Source: Guillardia theta CCMP2712 (Eukaryota; Protista; Cryptophyta). From it: 64,000 nt of DNA. Below are positions 25,249 through 37,400 of the stretch, piece by piece. The position numbers were made by a program, and so were the translations under genes. Position 1 is the first letter of the stretch, and each line of letters opens with the position of its first letter. Location: the NCBI RefSeq assembly GCF_000315625.1, contig NW_005434666.1, positions 1,011,806 to 1,075,805 of the forward strand, read 5' to 3'. The notes under the pieces were generated by a model, which did no database searches, was not told the origin of the DNA, and saw nothing but the letters and a program-made list of their open reading frames with translations.

Positions 25249-28200
25249 TTGATAGTGGTGAGAAGGTTATCCGACTCACTCTCTTGCCGTGATATTGGGC
25301 CCCGAGGTACTTCAACACAACGTGACAGCCTATGAAGTATATGACCATCTTTGCGTGTCTTGGTTCAACATTCAACCTTTCTCGCGGACCTCGATCGGAG
25401 GATCTTCAAGATTGTTGAGAGACAACTTGAGCTCTTCTAGCGGACACAGGCAGAGCTCCAGAGGAAGCTGAAGAGTAAGAGATGATCAGCAAGGAGTGAA
25501 GCGAGATGTGAGGAGATGGGAGAAGAAGAGGAGCAGAGGAAAATAAAGGGGAGTAGGAGAAGAGGAAGAGGTAGAAGTGGCTGTGGTGTGGGAGGAGGAG
25601 GAAAAGGAGAATACTCTGCGCAACAAGTTGGACTCGACGTCAAGATGCTTCAGTCTATGGAGCAAACTGATCTGAAAGATGAAGGTTTCAAAACAAAGCA
25701 TGAAAGAATGAAGAAACAAAATGAGAAGCATTCTCTTACCTCAGGAGGAAGTTCTGAGATGTCGTTTCGACAGACAGACAAATGATTAATATAACTCATC
25801 CGTAGCACGTACGCCGGGATCTGAAGGTAACAATCAATAAGCTCAAACGGGTTCAAAACTTGAAACAGCAGCAAAACACGCATACGCAAGGAATAGAGTG
25901 ATGGTGGGCAACAAAACATCCCGAATCAGTCAGCAAGTGATTTTAACAAGAAGAAACCTGCAAGAGATGAAACCCTTCCAAGATTAGCTTGTTTGTCTTG
26001 CCGTCCCATATCCCTGGTACATCCTCCATTCCAGGAGGAGGAGAGGCGAGAAAGAGCTGCTTGAGGTACCGCAGCATGACTCCTGCTCCAGCACTCTCGA
26101 TCTCCTGGGGGATCGAACCGAACGGGTTGTCATGGAACTCAAAGTTGTTGAGCTTCTCGCACATGCCCAACCCGGTCGGCAGCATGTTGAGTTTGTTGTT
26201 TGAAATGTCAAGGACTGTCAGGTGCGTCAGGTTCCAGAACGTCTCCGGAAGCTTCTCCAAGAGATTCGAGCCGAGGTTGAGGAAAGTGATACTGTACATG
26301 TTCCCAAACAGGTCAGGAAGAGTGACCAAGTTGTTGTTCTCGAGATTGAGACGCTGGAGGAGGTGGAGTTGGCCTATGTTCGGGGAGACTTGTTCCAACT
26401 TGTTGTGGCTGATCCTCAGGTCTAGGAGGGTTGTGATCCTGCAGATTGAAGGAGAGATCTCTGTGAAGTTGTTCTCAACGAGGTTGATGTACTCAAGGTT
26501 GCGCAGGTCGCTGAGGGTTGACGGGATGTCGGAAAGCTGGTTGAACGGCAGATGCAACTTACGTAGGTCTACCAGCTTGTCGATGTTGGGGTGAATCCCT
26601 TTGAGACGGTTATGGGCGATGAGGAGGTTTTGTAACGCCGGGTGGTTGCCGATGCTCTTGTCGAGGCTCTCGATCAGGTTGTCACCCACGTCGATAGTTG
26701 TGAGCTCGGGGTATAGCTGGGCCTCGATCGGGAACTTGGTCAGCATCATGCTCGTCAGCTGGAGCTTGCACGTCTGCATGCCTTGGTATAACCTTCGAAG
26801 ATAGTCCATGATCGACCCGAAGCCTTTGTCGCAGATCTCGGGAGGAGGAGAGCGGATGGGGTTGCCGTCGAGCTGGAGGGAGGTCATGCTGGATATGTTG
26901 GAGACCTCAGGAGGAATGGCGACTAGCTTGTTGCCAGTGAGATCAAAAGTTTGCAATGATGACAACTCCCCTACGGTCTCGGCAATGAACTCCAGCTGGT
27001 TTTGAGCTGCAGAGAAGACTTGCAGGCTGGCAAGAGAGCTGATCCACGGCTTGATCTCACGAAGCTCGTTCTGATCCACGTGCAGGACCTTGAGGGAGCC
27101 AAGGTTGCTGATCGTGCCAGGAAGGTCTCTCAAGAAGTTCGATGACAAGTGCAGCTCAACAAGAGACGTGAAGGTGATTCCTATCATGGGATCGAGATCT
27201 TTCAGCCTGTTCTGCGTTGCAGAGAGGACCTGAAGGCTGTCGAGGGTGAGAGCCTGAGGGTCGAAGAGGTCTGGATCACTGAAGAACATGTCGAACCCGT
27301 CGAGGAGCAGCTCGCCCGATCGCTGCGACTTGTCGAGGTTGAGGAGATACTTCAACATCCTCTTCGTGCCGAGATTGACGACGGAGATCGGAGGGCTGCG
27401 GAGAGGACACATGCTGACGTCACACTGCTCGAGCGACTCCAGCAGGCCCAGAGCTGAAGGGAGGAACTCGAGGCTGCGATTCTCGTCGAGGGAGAGGAGC
27501 TTCAGGCTTGTCAGGCGTGATATGGCGCTGTCGATCTCCCGCAGCTCGTTATGAGCCACCCGAAGAGTTTCCAAGGAGTAGAGGAAGAAGATGCACTCGG
27601 GGATGTCAGCGAGCTGATTGTGGTCGAGGTTGACAAGGGTCAAGTTTGACAAGGACGTCAACGAGATGTCAAGAGTCTGCAGACAGTTGTGGTGTAGCAG
27701 GAGCGACTTCAGGGATGACTGTCTCAGGATGTAGTCCGGGAGTTTTGGGTCTTGGAGGCCTGACTCAGATATGTCGCAGATATCGTGCTGCTGCAGGTCA
27801 AAAATCCTCCTGAGGTAGTTGAGGAAATTCTTGACGCCTTTCTTCACGACCTCCACCGGAGGGACCGTGAGGGGGTTGCCCTTCACGCGCACGTCATGGA
27901 GGGAGAGGACGGCACCGAGCTCAGGAGGCAGCTCTCGGATGTTGTTGTCCTCGATGTTGAGGAGAGAGAGCTTCTCGAAGGCAGAGACGGAGCTCGGGAG
28001 GGAGAGGAGACTGTTCTTCCTCAGCGACAGGGAGACGAGATTGCGGAGGAGGCCCAAGTCAGGCGGAAGCTCCTTCAGCTCGTTCTCGTCCATGTGAAGA
28101 TCTTTCAGGCTGGTCATGCACAAAAGGGACCTTGGGATCTCAGTGATCTTGTTGGCAGACAGGTCGAGGCTCGTGATGTCGGGCTTCTCCAGCACAACCT

Positions 28201-31200
28201 TTGGGATGCTGAGCAGGTGCATCTTCTTGAGATCGATCACGTGGGTCCGATCTGCGTTGAGAATGTTGGACAGGAACCGGACGACGAGCTGGGCTCCTGC
28301 TGAGCAGACCTCCATCGGGGGGGTCACCATCTCGTTCCCGCTGACGTCAAAGTGCGTCAAGTTCTTGAGGTGGCCGAAGGTGAGGGGGAGGAAGGTAAGT
28401 CGGTTGTTGGTCGCAGAGAACTGTTCAAGGTTGACCAGCCGGCTGAGCTCGTCAGGCAGCTGCTCGAGGGAGTTGTTGTCGAGGTTCAACGACTTGATCA
28501 TGGTGAGTTGACAGTGCTTGACAGGAAACTTGACGAGAGAAAGATCGCTGAGGTCCAGAGACAACTTGACCTTAGCCTGGTGGACTGCAGAGAGGTACTG
28601 AAAGATCTTGTTGCGCCCTTGGGAGTTGATCTCATAGGGAGGGTCTTCGAGAGGGTTCATGGTGATGTCCAACTCCTGCAGATGGGTGAAGCGGAGGAGG
28701 ATCGGGTGGAGCTCTTTCAGCAGGTTGTCGCAAAGGTTCAGACGAACTAGGGGAATGTGCGGGTGCAGCCACTCTTCTATCCTCTTCACCCTGTTGTGAG
28801 AAAGAGAGAGGATCGTCAGGTTGGTCAAGTTCGACACGCTGCGAGGGATTGAGGCCAGCTCGTTGTAGTCCAGATGCATCTCTGTGAGCAGGGTGAGCTG
28901 TCCGATCCCAACGAACAACTTCTGAAGATGGTTGTTGCTCAAAGACAGGGATGTCAGCCCTGTCATGAAGGCGACTTCAACTGGCATCCTCTTCAGCTCG
29001 AGGTTGCGGAGATCCAAACTTTGCGTCTTCCTCCCATCCTGCATCCTCTTTAGGTACTCGAGGATGGAGCTCGTCCCTCTGTCCAGGACCTCCACGGGAG
29101 GAGATCGGAGCTCGTTGCCCGCAAACAGCAGCTCCCGGATGGTGTACAACGAGCCCAGCTCCAGGGGAAGGAACAGAAGATTGTTGCGTTCAAGGTTCAA
29201 GATCTCCACTCCCACAAGCTGCTCAATCTCCGGAGGAAGAGACTCGAGATGATTGTCGCTGAGATCGAGCACCGTCAGCGATTCCATGTTGACAATCTCC
29301 AGCGGAAAGTTGTTGAGCTCCATGTTGGAGAGGTCCAGCTTCCTTGTTTGCAGAGACTCCTCGAAGCGACTGAGGTACCTCAGGATGGAGCTGGTGCCCG
29401 GACGAAGAACTTCAGGAGGCGGAGAGACGAGAGGGTTGTTGTCGACGACCAGCTTGCTCAAAGTCGGGATCTTGGAAAGGGAATAGGGAAGGCTGGGAAA
29501 GAGGTTGTTTGACAGAGAGAGGGTTGAGAGACTTGTGCATTTGTCGATCCCCGCGTATAAGACTTCAAGCTTGTTGCCGTGCAGGTAAAGCTCTCGGATG
29601 TTGACGAGCTTCGCCATGTAGGGGGGAAGAGCTGAGAGAAGATTGTCTGAGAGGTTGAGGACCTGCCCGAGATTCAACAGCTGAAAAAGAGGAAGAGGAA
29701 GAGGAAATGGAGAAGAGCGAAGAAGAGAGAAGAAAGAAGACAAACAAGAGGATGAAGAAGAGGGAAGAAGAAAAGAGAAAAAGAGGAAGAGAAAAGCGGA
29801 AAAGAGGGAAGAAGAAAAGAGGAAGAGGAAGAGAAAAGAGGAATAGAGGAATAGAGGAAGAGGATAGTTCAGGAGCGAGGGTTGTGCGCTGCTCACTTTC
29901 ATCTGCCGCATGTTTCCGATCGTAGAAGGAAGTTCAGCAATCATGTTCCCGCTGAGATCAAGAAACTCCAGCCGCTGCCAAGCCCCCATCACCGCGCTCA
30001 TCCTGCTCAGCTTGTTCTTGCTCAGGTCCAGCTTGGTCATGGCGGTCAGCGCGCCCATGCTTGAGGGGAGAGTTTCCAGCTGGTTGCCCGCCAGGCAGAC
30101 GCTAATCAGCCTCCCCTGCTGGGGAACAGGGCGGGTAGGGGTGGAGACCAGCTCGGGGGGGAAGGAGAAGAGTTTGAACGCAGGAAGAGTGAGGTGGAAG
30201 GTCGAGAGCGCCAGGTTGACCTGCTGCAAGTAGCGGATGATCGTGCTGCAGCCCTGCTGGAGGATCTCGACCGAAGGCTCTTCCATATTCTTTTCGTCAA
30301 AGTTGAGGACCGTGAGGAGGGAAAGAGCGCCTATGCTAGGATGCAAGCTCGTGATGGGGTTGCTCCTCAGCTGAAGGGTCTGCAGACTGGTGCAGCTGGA
30401 AATCTGCTGGGGAAAAACAGAGACGAAGTTCCTTTCGAAGGACAGAGATTGGAGGTTGGTCAACGAGCCCAGCTGATCTGGAAGCACCTCGATCTCGTTC
30501 TCGTCGAGGTTGAGGTGGTGGAGGGTGTCAGCGAGCTGAAAAATGTCGGCCGGTACCTCAACGATCTTGTTGTGGGATATCGACACACCTGTATGACAGG
30601 TGAGGGGCTGCTGGGGTCATCCAGAGCTAGTCAAGCTGGTCAAACTCACCTGTCAGGGCCTCGGAGCGCAGGCACTGGAAGTGAGAGTGGAACCTGAAGA
30701 CGTCTGCTGGGAACTTCTCAAGTTTGAGGCCCTCGAGCTTCAGGTACCTGCTGGAGGAAGCATAGCCGAACTGCCGTAGATAGTTGAGGATGATACTCTT
30801 TCCCTGCTCGACAATCTCCTGGGGAGGAGTAGACCAAGTCTGCTCGTTGCCGGACAAGTCGATGTCCTGCAGGGATGTGCATATCCCCAAGGTGAGAGGG
30901 ATTTCCGACAAGTGGTTGTCGTTGAGGTACAGCTTGCAGAGGGCTGGAAGCACGCCGCTCTCAGGCGGTATGATTCTGAGCCGGTTCCTCTGCAGGGAGA
31001 GAAAGGTCAGGGAGCTGAGAACCATCATCTCTGCTGGAAGCGACTCGATCTCGTTGTCGTCGAGGACGAGGGAGTGTAGCTTCGGGATTGTCAGCGTCTC
31101 AGCCGGGAAGTAGCGGATGTGACAGCTGGACATCTCGAGGCCGTGAGAGAGGGCGGAGTGATACATCTTGTGGAAGTACATGATCACTCCGTCGTTGCCC

Positions 31201-33695
31201 TGCGAAAGAACATCATCCTGCGGACTCTTCAGCGGGTTGCCCTCGTAGTTGAGGTTGCGTAGCTTGGTGAGGTTCCCAAGGGAGAGGGGGAGGATGGAGA
31301 CTTGGTTGGAGTTGAAGGAGAGGTCCTCCAGGTTTGTCAGGAGCTCCAGCTCGAGAGGAAGTTGTGAGATGAGATTGTGGCTGCAACGAAGTCGGACGAG
31401 CGTTTGACATCTCCCGATCTCCTGTGGAATTTTCTGCAGCCTGTTGAAGCTGAGCCGCATCTCTTCGATGCTGTGGAGGTTCCCGATGGAGGAAGGGATC
31501 CAGCCGATCTTGTTCTTCGTTACTGACAGCTCCTTGAGGTTCTTGAGCTTCCCGATCGCCTCCGGGAGAACATGCAGACTGTTGCTGTCAAAGTTGACCT
31601 TAGTGAGAGATGTCAAGGTACAGAGCTGATCGGGGAGCGACGTTAGCCGGTTCTGAACAGCCGATATCGTTCGAAGCTTCGAGAGCTTCCCGATGAAAGT
31701 GGGAATCTCGTCGATGAGAGTGTTGTCTAGCCTGAGCACTCGGAGCTGGTTCAGAGTCTGAATGATGTCCGACAACGCCATGAGCGGGTTGTGGGAGAGA
31801 TGAAGCTCGTGGAGGTCTCGTAGCACGGTGATCTGTTCAGGCAGGACCTGGATGGAGTTGTACTGCAGCTGCAGCACCTTCAGCTTCTTCAGCTGGCAGA
31901 TTTCCATCGGGAAAGTTTGAAACTTGTACCCTGGCAGCTCGAGCTTGTCCACTGTCCCCTCCACGTTTGAGAACTTGGAGCAGTACACGCACGCAGCCTT
32001 TGCTCCTTTCCTCAACACCTCCACAGGAGGCTGATAGAAATTCTCCACGTCGATCTCCAGCTTCTCCAACGATGTCCAGTAGGCGATAGTCATTGGAAGA
32101 CGAGAGATCTTGTCGTTGCTCTTGATATTCAGCCGTTTCAACTTGATCCAGGCGCTGATCCACAAGTCAGCAAAGAAGGGCCCTTCTAGACGGTTGTCAC
32201 TCAGGTTGACATCGGTCAACGACGTGCAGTTCTCCAGGGCTCTAGGGAGGCGCACGATGTCGTTGGACTGAAGTTGGAGGTTTTGCAAGCTGTCCAGCCT
32301 GCTGAATTCTTCAGGTAGATTTCGGATCCTGTTGGCGGAGAGGTCCAACAGCGTCAGCCCTTCAATGTCCATGATTGCCAGGTCGACGGAAGGGACGTCA
32401 ATCTCGCTGAAGTGAACCGATTTGGACGTTCTTGCCTCAAGAAGCACAGCAAGGTACGCAGTGATACTCTTGGAGCCAAGTTGCACAATCTGAGGAGGCG
32501 GGGATTCCACGTCGGTACCCTCGAGGATGATTTCAGTCAGATTCCTCAACGATCCTGTCTCAGGGCTGAACCTCTTCAGGCTCACGCAGTTGCTGACATC
32601 CAACTGAGTCAGGGAGCGCATGTACCGGATGGACGCGCTCAAAGCCGCCATCCTGTTGCCCGCAAGGTTCAAGACAGTCACTGACGTCATGTTGGTGATC
32701 TCAAGGGGGAGAGTGGAGGCTGTGATCCCCATGCTGCTCAGGTCGATCATGTTGGTCTCCTCGATCCAACTCATCCTCCTCCGATACTCTCTCAGGTACA
32801 GGAAGACGCTCTGCACCCCCTGCCGAACAACCTCCATGGGAGGGACGGAGAGAGTGTCCTGTAGTCCGTCAGCGTCGATATCCTTCAGGTTTTCACATTC
32901 CTGCAGCTCAGCAGGGAATGATCGCAGAGGGTTGCGAGCAACCACCAGGATCTTCAGTTGCGTCAACTTTCCCATGGACTTTGGCAGGGCTATCAGCTGA
33001 TTATCTTGAACCCACAATGTTTGTAGGGACTCACACAGTCCAAGTTCTTCTGGAAGCCAGGTCAACCTATTACCGAAGATTCGCAGCTGCGCCAAGTTCT
33101 TGAGATCGCCAACAGAAGTCGGAAGCACTTCGATCTTGTTGTTGTGTGCAAACAGAGTTTTCAGGTAATCCAACTCGAATATCTTGTCAGGGATCATTCC
33201 AAGGCTCAAATCCCCAATGTCAAGCTTCTTTGTGCCCGATGCTGCTTGAACACGCTTCAAGATCTCCTTGGCTGAAGTTTTTGAGTTCTTCGGAACCACC
33301 TGGTGTGCCCTCCAGTAATATTCTTCTGGGTCTTCTATCTCTCCAGTATCCTGAACCACCGCAATGGGGTTGGAGGTAGGCTGGGCGGACTCGGGCCGCG
33401 TCTCCGACCCTTGAGACTGATCTTCCTCGAAGTCCTTCTCATCAAACTCAACGGGGCTCTCCTGCACCATCTCCTGCACCATCTCCTGCACCATCTCCTG
33501 CTCACTCGATGGGCTCTTTGCTTCCCGAGGCTCATCGTCATGCTCCACCGGACTGGTCGCGTTTGACCCTGCCCCATTCTTGGGATGAATCTGCGGGAGT
33601 TGTGAAGATTTGCTGGCGGAAGAGGAGGGCCTGCTGTTGGACTTCAAAGATTTTTCTGAAGGCGCTGATGAAATGGGAGGAAGGGTCGCCGACAT
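20599..33695 (-). CDS. Giant leucine-rich-repeat protein (~3,300 aa) built from about 18 LRR modules, each closed by a PPxE-x3-4-G-x6-YL cap helix
   Basis: ORFs 30627-33695 and 25943-30586 join via intron 30589-30649. An in-frame intron lies at 29663-29896. About 25 further small LRR exons lead to ..ANFFK-APLSSIITRGCAATLRYLGEQL* (TAA at 20599-20601). Dense LxxLxLxxNxLxxLP repeats throughout. No GTPase or kinase motifs seen. Confidence 0.9.
23240..23390. repeat. (GGAGA)n pentamer array, intronic (another copy at 24831-24882)
   Basis: Directly visible tandem repeat inside introns of the LRR gene. Confidence 0.95.
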
Positions 33696-33960
33696 TTGCC
33701 TCCGATGTCCAGCAACGTTGATCTCAGGATCACTTTTGCGATCCTCCAGACATTGTTCGCTTCACACCTCCAATGGAAGGCGGTTCATATGACGGCAAAG
33801 GTGTCTACAACATGAAACATCCTGTTACCTTCTGCTTTCTTCTTCGATCTACACCTCCTTCGCCATCACCACCAACTACAACACCTTCCTCCATTCTCAC
33901 TGGCGCGCTCATCCTGCCATCGTTCATCAACGGATTGACCGGTATGAGAGGGGATGAGGG

Positions 33961-34400
33961 TGGCCGGGCCCTGGCCGGGCGGGGGGCCGGCGACTCAGAG
34001 ACAGCGATCCCGGGAGTCCGACTCGGACTCGCGGGCCCAGTGATCAGTCCGGCCGGTCACGGCCCTTCCGGGGCCCGGCCCGGGCCCGAGGCGGGCCACT
34101 GTACCGTGATTGTGACCCTGAAAGTTCACTGATTGTACTGATCTTTAACTTAACTTTGAGTAAAGAGTCTCACGGATTGGATTCCACCACACTGCTGAGC
34201 GCCCTCGTGGCCGCGGCCGGGATGGGGCCGGGCTGCCGGGCGCCCGGCCGTACCGCCGTGCCAGTCACGGTGGCGTACCGTACGGTGGGCTGCCGGACCA
34301 GCGGCGCCGGGCCGCCGGACGGACTCCCCGAGGCTCAGTGGCGCGGCGCGGCCGGACATGGCGGCAGCATGGCGGCCGGACTGCCGCCCGGGGCAGGTCG
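33961..34400. promoter_or_regulatory. GC-rich, CpG-island-like putative bidirectional promoter between the LRR and kinase genes
   Basis: Two very GC-rich blocks (33961-34100 and 34201-34400) containing GGCC/CCGG palindromes and a GAGTCCG-act-CGGACTC hairpin (34014-34030), lying between divergent ATGs 33695 and 34432. Confidence 0.5.
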
Positions 34401-34431
34401 GGGGATGTGGGGTCTTTGTTGAGAGTAGGCC

Positions 34432-37400
34432 ATGCAGGCGTGGGGGCGGCTGGTGTCGCTCAACGGAAGATGGTCGGACGTTGAGCTGTCGCGGTGAGAG
34501 AGGATGTGAGAGAAGAGAGATGTGACTGTGAGCCTCGGCATGCAGGAACAAGATGAAATTCGGTAGGAACTCTGCATGCCAGGTGCCCGCCGAATCATAA
34601 AAGAAGGAGTTCTGACAAGGTGGTGCTGAGAAGGTCAAGTATGATGATATGAGGATCTCCAACTTGCACTTCTCCATTGAGAAGAGCAGTGAAACAGATG
34701 TAAGGGAGAGAGAAAAAGATGCACATGGCACATGGATATGACTCTGTCCTAGGAGAAAGCTGTCGTGTGGGATTACAGCACGAACGGTTTGTTTGTGAAT
34801 GGAAATCTTATTGGTAGGGGGAACAAGCAAATGATAGTGGTATGCATGACTTGTGTTCAAGATAGTATGCTGACGCACTTGTGTGGGTTGGTTTTTCTCC
34901 TCAAAGGATGGCGACATGCTGTCCTTGATTGTTGTGCCTGTAAGAAGGTCGGACGGGACGTACCATCACAGCGATTCATCGCTGGTGAGAGGAAAACAGC
35001 TCTTGTCACTCGATATGATTGAAATTTCTTGCTCAGAACTTCATCGCATACAAATTTCATTTTGTGAGCGATGAAGATGAGACCGTCGATATTGCTGAAG
35101 TGGAGGAGCAACCCGTAGCAAAAGTTCGATACCGAGGAGTGAGATGTGATGAGGAGGAAGAGCTGGTGAAAGAAGGAGGAGAAAAGAAGACGATGAATCA
35201 TGAAGGCATGAAACAAAACTCACAAAGTCTCAATGAAGAAGTTCCTGCTCTTGCCTCCAACAATATAGGTGAGTCCAGCGCTGCATAGCACGCCTAGAAT
35301 GACGTGAGCTTCATTTACAGTTCATACCCAACCAAACGAGCAAACAAGTTCATCGAACAATCATTTTCACTCCGGAATGAAGGAGGAGAAGAGGATGGAG
35401 ACGACGTCATCCAGTTCTCGAACAGAACAACAAGTAGCAGTCAAAGTTGAGAACCAAACGAAGGACGAGGTGGAGGATGAAAATCCACCGAGTGCAAAGA
35501 GGCAGTGCATATCACCAAGGTGGAAGGAATCTTGCATCTGAATGAGTTTGTTGACATGGCTTTCAGTGATGCATCGAACCCTCGCAAGAGCCTTGACTGG
35601 AGTCAGAATGAGGAGAACGCGGGGAGCTTGCAAGGTCCAGAAGTCCTGTTCTTGTTATGAGGCTGACCTGCAGCAGAGTTCGAGGCTCGATACGAGAAGA
35701 CGAATGAGATAGGAGAAGGCGCGTACGCGAAGGTGACGGAGAGAGAGACAGAGGAGACAGATGAGACAGAGAGCGGGACAAGGCGGGGACTAACGAGGGA
35801 TGAGAGACAAGGATGCGAAGTAAGAGACATTTCGTTTGACAGGTCTATGTGGCGGTGAGGAAGGATACAGAGCAGAAAGTTGCTGTAAGCGAGATTGTTT
35901 GCTATTCTTTCGGTGACTCGTAGTCCAGGTCAAGATCCTTCACCTTGCAAAGTTGAAAATCAATGGCATCCGAGATTCGCAGGTCCAAGACGAAATAAAC
36001 ATTCAGATGAAACTATCTCATCCCAACGTCAGAATCTGTTGAGTCCGGGAGCGATTGGTTCTGATCTCTTTGTCTCAGATTGTGAGGATGCTAGAATACT
36101 ACTTCGATGCGGCAACCAAACGTTTCTTGCTCGTGATGGAACATGTATACTTTCTCTGATTCCTATTCCTTTGCCTCGTCCCTTCCCTTCCCTTCCCTTC
36201 CCTTCCCTTCCCTTCCTTCCTTTCCTTTCCTTTCCTTTGCCTTGCCTTTCCTTTCCCTTCCCTTCCCTCGCTCGGAGTGACAAGATGATGTTGACCAGGT
36301 TGCCGGAGGAGATCTCTTCGAGTATCTCATCTCAAAACCTGACGAATGCATCTCGGAGGAACTGGTGACGCGATAGCGCAACATCGTCCAAGTCATAGAC
36401 TCGATTGCAGGCGAGGAAATGGTTCAAGCAGCTGCTTGATGGTGTAGAATATTGTCACTCCATGGAGGTGAGCAGGAGTGTAGAGGTCGGGGAGAAGTGA
36501 TGATCGTGCAAGCAAGAGAGGGGAGGAGGGGGAGGGGGACGGGGAGAGGGAGAGGGAGAGGGAGAGAGAGGAGGCAAGAGGCAAGAGGAGGAGGCAAGAG
36601 GGAAGAAGACGGAGGCAGGATGAAGAGGAGGGAAGGGACAGAGAGTTCAACTGACTGATGGTTGAGGTTGTGCATCGAGACCTGAAGCCGGAGAACATCC
36701 TCCTTACCGACAACTCGGCGGATTGTATCCTCAAGGTCTCTCGCCCTCCCTCCGCTCCTTCTGAACTTCAGCAGATCTCCGACTTTGGACTAGCAAAGGC
36801 GCTAGCGAAAGGCAGGTGAGGACGGGAAGAGGAAGAAGCAATAAGGAGGAGGCGATCGAGAGGGGGAAGGAGGCGAGGAGTCATAGAGAGGAGGAAGAAA
36901 CGAAGATTTCTTGGTTTCCTCACTTGTCGACCAGAGAATGCAGAACGAATTGCGGAACTCCAAAGTACATGGCACCTGAAGTCTTCGCTGTTGGGCGAGG
37001 TAGTGCTGAGGGTTGAGGAAGAGGAGAAGGGGGGCGGGGGAGATGGAGAAGGGGGAAGGGAAGGGAGGAGGAGGAGGAGGAGGAGGAGGAGGAGGAGGAG
37101 AGTCTGATGAATGAGTGAAGGGCTGAAGAAGTACGGGAAGGAGGCTGACTTATGGGGTCTTGGAGTGATTCTCTACGTCATGCTAACGTGCAGCATGCCG
37201 TTTGGAGGAGAAGACGACGAAGGTGCGAGGCCAGTACCTCCTCCCTGTTGCTGCTCTGCTGCTGCTGCTGCTGCTCGTCTGCCTACCTGCTTGCCACCTT
37301 GTCATGCTCCTTGTCGCCTCCTCCCCTCCCAACCCTCACGCGGACGGGCTTGAAGATCTCGAGGAGGAGATGATCCAGATCGCTCACGGCAAGAAGATGT

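Noticed and set aside
25989-33000. Numerous + strand ORFs opposite the LRR exons
   Set aside because: Antisense shadows of GC3-rich coding sequence with no independent motifs.
33459-33500. 12-bp tandem repeat (QEMV x3) as a possible CRISPR-like or mobile repeat
   Set aside because: A simple coding tandem duplication in a disordered N-terminus, with no spacers.
20599-33695. Calling the LRR gene a Roco/LRRK or NLR
   Set aside because: No P-loop (GxxxxGKT/S), COR, kinase or NB-ARC/NACHT motifs were found. The protein ends immediately after the last cap.
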